Shown in pieces: positions 58,524-64,000 of a stretch of 64,000 nt of DNA; position 1 is the first letter of the stretch, and each line of letters starts with the position of its first letter. The notes under the pieces were generated by a model that was not told the DNA's origin, made no database searches, and saw only the letters and a program-made list of their open reading frames with translations. Source of the DNA: an uncultured virus (IMG/VR IMGVR_UViG_3300021185_004515) (lineage: Duplodnaviria; Heunggongvirae; Uroviricota; Caudoviricetes); the IMG/VR virus record IMGVR_UViG_3300021185_004515, one strand, 5' to 3'. The position numbers and the translations under genes were made by a program.

Positions 58524-59290
58524 CTCAACCTCCTGGGAACATCCTCTAAAGCCGCTTCGTATTCATTTCTTTCCGAAATATCTGCCATCAATTTGTTGCG
58601 AATTATCATTCTTTTGTGCGCTTGAACAGTTTTCACATTGACAGGAATATTCTGCTTCATTAAAAAATTGGCTATCAGTGCATCAGAACCATCAAATAAA
58701 ACATACTCCAGATAAACTCTGGGAATCCATATATCTCCATCTTCGTCGTTAATAGCGGTGGTGACGGAATAATCCCAACTTCTGGTGGCTACGCCTGATG
58801 TTTGTGCGTCATAGGCCACCATCGTCTGTTGCAATTGATTGATTGAATAATACACTCCCCAAGTCTGACCAGGAATTACATACATCGGAGTGTCGCTGAG
58901 GTAAAAAGATGGGCTAAGTGATTGAGGTCCATAACGCAATCCTGGGGATGGGCCATAGGGTGAGGCGTTACCTGAAATTCCAGGGCCTACTACATTATCA
59001 GGCTGTTGAAAATACTGGGTGGTTTCTACCCAAATATTGGCACTGGCGGCAGGAGGCCATAGTGAGAGTTCATCAATAACAATAAATTGAGTCGCTTTAA
59101 CATAGCCAGGAATGTCTAAATTGTTGCCCAATCCTCCGACAAAAATGTCTACTTGGGCATTAGCATGAGTTCCCCACGCAGGAATCGCAGGAGATAAAGT
59201 CAAAATGGGGTCTTGGTTAAGAACATATGGTGTCGGGTAGGTAGTAGAGGGAATCAAACCTCTCCACTCATAAACCTGACGGCGCATCAT
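58520..59290 (-). CDS. Putative structural protein, paralog of 57798-58523
   Basis: Same shared blocks; TTCAAATAGCA 30 nt upstream. Confidence 0.8.
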   Translation of the reverse strand: MMRRQVYEWRGLIPSTTYPTPYVLNQDPILTLSPAIPAWGTHANAQVDIFVGGLGNNLDIPGYVKATQFIVIDELSLWPPAASANIWVETTQYFQQPDNVVGPGISGNASPYGPSPGLRYGPQSLSPSFYLSDTPMYVIPGQTWGVYYSINQLQQTMVAYDAQTSGVATRSWDYSVTTAINDEDGDIWIPRVYLEYVLFDGSDALIANFLMKQNIPVNVKTVQAHKRMIIRNKLMADISERNEYEAALEDVPRRLS

Positions 59291-59328
59291 ACAATATAAT
59301 AACCCTTGTTGCTATTTGAACCTTCGGT

Positions 59329-59856
59329 TCAATAGACGGTCTTTTGAATTTCAAGTTCGCCAATAAGTGTTACTTTGACACGAACCGTAGCCACATCTGT
59401 TCCTGCACTAACCATATCGTGTGCAGCAATAGCGGCGTTATTGGAAACAGAAACTTGAAGCGGTTGTTGGAACAGGATTAAAACTGGGCTGGTAAAAGTA
59501 ATGTATCGCTGATTTGCATCACCTGGCATTACCAATCGCTGGATAGAAATATCATTAGTTGGGATGCGGTTGCCTCCGACCAGAATTTCCACATCAAAAT
59601 CTGTGAATGTTCCGAAAGGAGAGGTGTTAGGAGCCACACTGTTGTAATAGTAAGGATTAGTTACGGTTTCGGTTTTCAGTTGGTTGCCCGCAGCATCAAG
59701 AGGGACAATATCAATTGCAAAACCGTGAATCCTGACATCTTCGTTGTTAGCCTGATTGGTATAAATGGTAGCGATATTAGATGTCCCGTTGGTAGCAGGA
59801 ACAGAAAAATCGTGATTCGTGGTCAGAATCTTTGGTTCAGGGTCTTGATTTGCCAT
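59329..59856 (-). CDS. Beta-rich putative structural protein, paralog of 59870-60355
   Basis: MANQDP, HDFSV, TNQANNE, DAAGNQ, LFQQPL. Confidence 0.85.
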   Translation of the reverse strand: MANQDPEPKILTTNHDFSVPATNGTSNIATIYTNQANNEDVRIHGFAIDIVPLDAAGNQLKTETVTNPYYYNSVAPNTSPFGTFTDFDVEILVGGNRIPTNDISIQRLVMPGDANQRYITFTSPVLILFQQPLQVSVSNNAAIAAHDMVSAGTDVATVRVKVTLIGELEIQKTVY

Positions 59857-59869
59857 ATTTTATCCCTCC

Positions 59870-60355
59870 TCAAGCAACACGACGGGCTGCAATCTTCTGA
59901 ATAGAAAGTTCGGAGATAAGCGAAATCTTGGCACGAATCGTAGCCACCGTAGTTCCGTTGTAAGTAAATGCGGCAACACCTGAGTTAGCGGTAAGGTTAA
60001 TCTTAAGAGGTTGTTGGAAAAGCACAATCACTGGAACTGTGAAACTCATGGTTTGGTCTTGTTGTCCGTAAATCCAAGCAATATCAAAAGCATTGGATGG
60101 GATGTTGTTCGGACCAACACTCAAAGCCATAGTAAAATCTGTGGGCATAGTGAATTTCGGGTCAGTTGTGCTGGTAATTTGGTTTCCTGCTGCGTCAATC
60201 AGAGTAAAATCAACAGCCACTGCATAAACACGCACTTCCTCATTATTTGCTTGATTAGTGAAAATTGAGACAGCACTCTGCGTTCCACTTGATGTTGCGA
60301 CACTGAAATCGTGAACAGTGGTATAGACTTCTGGCTGCGGGTCTTGATTTGCCAT
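59870..60355 (-). CDS. Beta-rich putative structural protein, paralog of 59329-59856
   Basis: Same shared blocks; AGGAG SD. Confidence 0.85.
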   Translation of the reverse strand: MANQDPQPEVYTTVHDFSVATSSGTQSAVSIFTNQANNEEVRVYAVAVDFTLIDAAGNQITSTTDPKFTMPTDFTMALSVGPNNIPSNAFDIAWIYGQQDQTMSFTVPVIVLFQQPLKINLTANSGVAAFTYNGTTVATIRAKISLISELSIQKIAARRVA

Positions 60356-60396
60356 ATTGGTTAATCTCCTATGTCAGATTGGTTCTTCTTGCTATT

Positions 60397-60642
60397 TCAA
60401 TCTATCGCTTCAAATCGGGCTTTAGCCCTCCACCAGAGCCACGACCACCTCAATAATAGTATTCCTACCAGTAAATCTATGACAAAAAACCAGGCAGCAT
60501 AACTTTCCAAGTGTCGGGTCATATCTACTAAAACCTCATTGGGCGGCACCATGCCGTCTTTTAAGATGACTGTGACCCAAATCATGGCACCCAAAAAGGC
60601 TAACCAAAAGGTAAAAATCAATTCTTTCCAGACTTTGTCCAT
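60397..60642 (-). CDS. Small two-TM protein
   Basis: Two hydrophobic helices. Confidence 0.75.
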   Translation of the reverse strand: MDKVWKELIFTFWLAFLGAMIWVTVILKDGMVPPNEVLVDMTRHLESYAAWFFVIDLLVGILLLRWSWLWWRAKARFEAID

Positions 60643-60658
60643 AATATCTCTTCACTTA

Positions 60659-61144
60659 TCAATCTCTAAATAATTCTGATTCATCAGCAACTTCGGGGGC
60701 TGGTGCTACATCTACTTCAGGAGGTGCGATGCCTTCTTCAATAGCCTTAACATCTACATATTTTCTGGCAAAGCCATATAGTTTCGGAGCCAAATCTTGT
60801 AATTCTTCATCCATGGAACGCCCATCTTTAGACGCTTCCTGACGAATCAATCCATCTAATGATGAAATGGTATTCATGGTGCGATAAAAATTGGGAGTAA
60901 ATACTGCCCGATAGGTTTTGCTAATTCTATCCGTTTGTCGCTGCGCCTGAATTGCTAACAATACTGCGCCTAAATTGGTAGCCGTAATGAATCCTAACAA
61001 CTGCCAAGTCCACCAATCTGTGGGTTGAACCAGCAATGAAAATGTTTGAATGATAATTTCTACCATCACTAATACACCAATCATAAATCGGGTAGACAAA
61101 ATATCGTTAGATACTAATTCATTAAATTGGTCGTTATTATTCAT
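60659..61144 (-). CDS. Two-TM membrane protein
   Basis: Hydrophobic N-terminal half. Confidence 0.75.
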   Translation of the reverse strand: MNNNDQFNELVSNDILSTRFMIGVLVMVEIIIQTFSLLVQPTDWWTWQLLGFITATNLGAVLLAIQAQRQTDRISKTYRAVFTPNFYRTMNTISSLDGLIRQEASKDGRSMDEELQDLAPKLYGFARKYVDVKAIEEGIAPPEVDVAPAPEVADESELFRD

Positions 61145-61637
61145 ATGCAGGTCTCCTGAAAACTATATACATTATGTCGTTAGTTGGTGCGTATCCATCT
61201 TTTTCGTATCCGTGTTCTAACACAGAAGCGACACATTTTTTCTCCCAACGGCGTTCTTTGTCTATGGCAAAAATATCGGCTCGGAAAATACCTTGGTTGC
61301 TCAACATAATGAAGTCTGAAATAGTGTATATGGGTATTGAATTAGTTTCATAGTCTACATATTCTACCTCATGAGATACAATATTTACTTCCATCTCGGC
61401 TAATTTTCTTTCAAAAAAATCTTCACCTAATTGTCTTTTAACTGCATCGGCTACACCAAAACCTGTGTGCAAGTTCTCTTCAATAACTTTCCATTCTCTT
61501 TCAGCCAATGTGTCCCAATGGCGTGAATTGGAATCATATTCTCTTCCGATGGTTTGACGATAGGCTTGCAAGTATTGGATTTTACGAGTAATTAAATACT
61601 CGGTCCAAACCTCATCTTCAGGGGGATTGGACTCCAT
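61137..61637 (-). CDS. Hypothetical protein
   Basis: TTGATATAGGTA 30 nt upstream. Confidence 0.75.
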   Translation of the reverse strand: MESNPPEDEVWTEYLITRKIQYLQAYRQTIGREYDSNSRHWDTLAEREWKVIEENLHTGFGVADAVKRQLGEDFFERKLAEMEVNIVSHEVEYVDYETNSIPIYTISDFIMLSNQGIFRADIFAIDKERRWEKKCVASVLEHGYEKDGYAPTNDIMYIVFRRPAYE

Positions 61638-61670
61638 ATGATTATTGAGGTCTGCTACCTATATCAACCT

Positions 61671-62816
61671 TCACTCATATTCCCTCAAGACTTTTCCTCG
61701 GGCTTCACGGGGTTTTCGGCCATTAGTCCAACCTTTGTGTTCTACGGTGAGCGGGGCTCGTCGGGCTACGATAGCATCTCTTTCTGCCCACAATCTATAA
61801 TTATATTCACGAGTTCCATTCATCGCCACATTGAATCGGGCTCCTGCTTCGTTTTCACAAATCCAAATTGGAGTTCCTGCCGCAGTTCCTTGTCCCTCCG
61901 TATATCCTACAATTGGAAATTCAGTTTCCTCATAACGCTTGACCTTCATCAAGTCTGATGACTTACCATTGAGTTTATAGACAGAATTTAGATTACGAAC
62001 CATGCCGCCCTCATAACCCTCTTCTACAAACTGGTCAGTATAGGTTTCTACATCTTCATAACTATTGATAGGGTAATTTTCTACAAAACGAACCCGAGTG
62101 CGTCTGGCCGCAGGAACTTGATTAAGAATACGAACCATCAAGCGATACCGATTAGCAAAAGTCATATCCAGATTGTTCAAATCTATCAAATCATAAACTC
62201 GTAATTTCATAAATTCTGTGACTTGTATATCGCTTTCGGTGTAATTTTCTGGTTTTTTACGGACTATTCCGCTGGCTCTTTCAAATTCTACATCATCGGG
62301 GTCAGCATATAATTCGCCGTCTAAAATAATGTTGCTGGGCAAATTAAGATTCAAAATATCGGCTCGGATGCCGCCCATTCCTGGGAAGAGTTTATTCCCT
62401 CTGGACATTAGAACTACTTGTCCCGCCGTAGGCATAGAGGCCATACATCTAACGCCATCAAATTTTCTTTGGATAGCGGCGGGGAATTGGGTCCATCGTC
62501 GCCCACCGTCAGCGAACTTTTTTGCCAACATGGGAAGCACCACAGTTTGATTTCGGGCTCCTGCCATAGAGACCACATATCCTTGGTCTATTTTCTTGAG
62601 CCATTCTGAACGAGCATCTAACTCAGCCTGTTCTAAAACGGTGCGTCCTTGATTACCTGCGGATACAATGGTGGGGGCTCCTGTAATTATGGTTCCTCCT
62701 ACTTGTCCGTAGCGTGTAGAGTGGGAATATGTGCCATCACCATTAGAGGTAACTGAGATAGTCCATTCTCGCAAATTATTGTTGGAATCGGTCTTGTATA
62801 GGGTGTCATAAGGCAT
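61671..62816 (-). CDS. lig: ATP-dependent DNA ligase with N-terminal WGR-like domain
   Basis: PMLA, QRKFDGVR (KxDG), LDGELY, VYDL, EGYEGGMVR, LMKVK; start set 29 nt after the promoter. Confidence 0.93.
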   Translation of the reverse strand: MPYDTLYKTDSNNNLREWTISVTSNGDGTYSHSTRYGQVGGTIITGAPTIVSAGNQGRTVLEQAELDARSEWLKKIDQGYVVSMAGARNQTVVLPMLAKKFADGGRRWTQFPAAIQRKFDGVRCMASMPTAGQVVLMSRGNKLFPGMGGIRADILNLNLPSNIILDGELYADPDDVEFERASGIVRKKPENYTESDIQVTEFMKLRVYDLIDLNNLDMTFANRYRLMVRILNQVPAARRTRVRFVENYPINSYEDVETYTDQFVEEGYEGGMVRNLNSVYKLNGKSSDLMKVKRYEETEFPIVGYTEGQGTAAGTPIWICENEAGARFNVAMNGTREYNYRLWAERDAIVARRAPLTVEHKGWTNGRKPREARGKVLREYE

Positions 62817-62846
62817 GGTTATCTCTCCGTGTTTCACCTATTTAAC

Positions 62847-63209
62847 TTATTCACCTAACTTCCAAAATTTAAGTGCCTTCATGCGTTGCCACCAAGAAGA
62901 TTCATAACCGAATTTTCGGTGAGACTGGCGCAAATCATCCAATACTAATTCAGAAATAACATTCCCTAAAACTGTGGCTAAAACTCCGACAATAACACCG
63001 CCCAGAATAAATCCTGTGAGAAACTCTTTCTTGTCTTGAACTACTTTGACAGGAACTGTTTCGGGTTCCGCCTCAGTGGTTTCCGAGCGGAATTGGGTTC
63101 TAACTGCCCGATGAGAATCACCGTCAAAAACAATTACAAAACCTTGGGATTCTAAACGATTCCTAAGTCGGTAATCCTGTGCTTGTTGAGGGGTAAGAGG
63201 AATACTCAA
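62847..63209 (-). CDS. Membrane protein
   Basis: TM FLTGFILGGVIVGVLATVLG preceded by FRSE. Confidence 0.7.
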   Translation of the reverse strand: MSIPLTPQQAQDYRLRNRLESQGFVIVFDGDSHRAVRTQFRSETTEAEPETVPVKVVQDKKEFLTGFILGGVIVGVLATVLGNVISELVLDDLRQSHRKFGYESSWWQRMKALKFWKLGE

Positions 63210-63490
63210 GCCACATCACCAGCCTCATCACCATTGGCAGATTCCACTAAGAAATAACTGATAACCAAGATAGGGAGGCTAAATAAAATCATGTCGTGAG
63301 TTTCTAATTGCTTCAGAGGATTTCCATGGGCTTTGTAAGTTTTACCCAGATTTCCTAATGTTGATAAAAAGAATGCTAACGAACCTACGGCACCCAGCAT
63401 GACTCCACGCCATGCTTTACGAGCCACATTGATTTCTACTTCTTTCTGAGCATCTACACGGTCAGAAATTTCAGCCTTATCGGAATCCAT
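63206..63490 (-). CDS. Two-TM protein
   Basis: Two hydrophobic helices. Confidence 0.7.
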   Translation of the reverse strand: MDSDKAEISDRVDAQKEVEINVARKAWRGVMLGAVGSLAFFLSTLGNLGKTYKAHGNPLKQLETHDMILFSLPILVISYFLVESANGDEAGDVA

Positions 63491-63496
63491 TTATTT

Positions 63497-64000
63497 TCAC
63501 CGTCTTTTTCTATACATCAAGGTTGCTCCGACCAATACCGCAGCACCAAGAGCAAATTTTTGTCCAGAAAGGGGTGAATCTCCTGTGTCTTCTGCATTAA
63601 ACCAACCAAAATATTTGTTATACCATGCTTCGGAACCAGCGTTATTGGCTTCCGTAGGTGCGGTGGTTACAGTGTTGCTGGAGGATTCGTCAGAGGTTCG
63701 GCATCCAAGTGTAGGCCAAAGAGGATTACAAACACGCTGATTATACATTTTGCGAGCCCCACTTCCTGGTGCAACATTGGTAATATAATTCCAATCTTGT
63801 GGGTCAGCACCTCCAGAGGGCATGATTCCAAAAATTCCTGCAATTCCACTCATAGTCCAAGGCATACCACCTGCACCATAGGGCTGATAAGCATTACCAT
63901 CTTGGTCTAAAGTTGTATAATTGATTTGCCACGCTGTTCCAGCGGCAGTGGTGGCTCCTTTGGAAAGTGGATTTCCAGCAGAGTCATAGCCAATAATTTC
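63497..64000 (-). CDS. C-terminally anchored protein, 5' end beyond the window
   Basis: Frame stays open from 63865 to 64000; FNAE precedes the TM and YRKRR end. Confidence 0.75.
   Translation of the reverse strand, partial: EIIGYDSAGNPLSKGATTAAGTAWQINYTTLDQDGNAYQPYGAGGMPWTMSGIAGIFGIMPSGGADPQDWNYITNVAPGSGARKMYNQRVCNPLWPTLGCRTSDESSSNTVTTAPTEANNAGSEAWYNKYFGWFNAEDTGDSPLSGQKFALGAAVLVGATLMYRKRR

Larger units (their letters stand above)
1..64000. mobile_element. Segment of a large archaeal virus or virus-like element (putative Poseidoniales/MGII host)
   Basis: Mostly orphan ORFs mixed with archaeal replication genes and TFB, a block of fibre-like structural genes, a uniform promoter motif and no housekeeping operons. 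Host assignment is inference. Confidence 0.8.

Noticed and set aside
1..64000. Cellular archaeal chromosome segment
   Set aside because: No ribosomal, tRNA-synthetase or metabolic operons; high orphan density and fibre genes. It cannot be fully excluded without flanking sequence.
1..64000. tRNA or rRNA genes, and alternative genetic code
   Set aside because: No cloverleaf or T-loop context was found by eye, though no scan was run. TAA, TAG and TGA all terminate well-conserved genes.

Overview
This 64 kb window is gene-dense and AT-leaning. It has no recognisable rRNA, tRNA, CRISPR array or housekeeping metabolic operon. It reads as part of a large archaeal virus or virus-like extrachromosomal element. 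The host is inferred to be a euryarchaeon, plausibly marine Poseidoniales (MGII), from the TFB, PolD, an LAGC lipoprotein and a GCTD...DDGSC-repeat surface protein. The window encodes an archaeal-type replication/repair set: PolD large subunit DP2, divergent MCM, PriS primase, XPD/DinG helicase, Cas4-like nuclease, Holliday-junction-resolvase-like nuclease, ATP-dependent ligase, dNMP kinase and a minimal PolX. It also carries its own TFB, a Ser/Thr kinase plus PP2C phosphatase, and a minus-strand block (52.3-64 kb) of fibre-like, beta-rich paralogous and membrane-anchored proteins. No terminase, portal or major capsid protein is recognisable here. Three patterns stand out. (1) Mosaic polyproteins have unrelated modules (PolX, GNAT, PCD-like, DUF5872-like, DUF3574/SAM-lyase-like, Zn ribbons) separated by a recurring [F/M/L/W]-x-A-E motif, a candidate protease-processing signal. 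(2) An N-terminal (P)-[I/L]-N-W motif is shared by mostly unrelated proteins, a candidate sorting tag. (3) More than 30 TATA-like boxes, most 29-30 nt before leaderless starts, fall into two classes by their downstream bases, which largely separate replication genes from structural, polyprotein and INW genes. Together these suggest a TFB-switched late programme producing tagged, proteolytically processed virion cargo. All family assignments were made by eye from motifs, without database searches.
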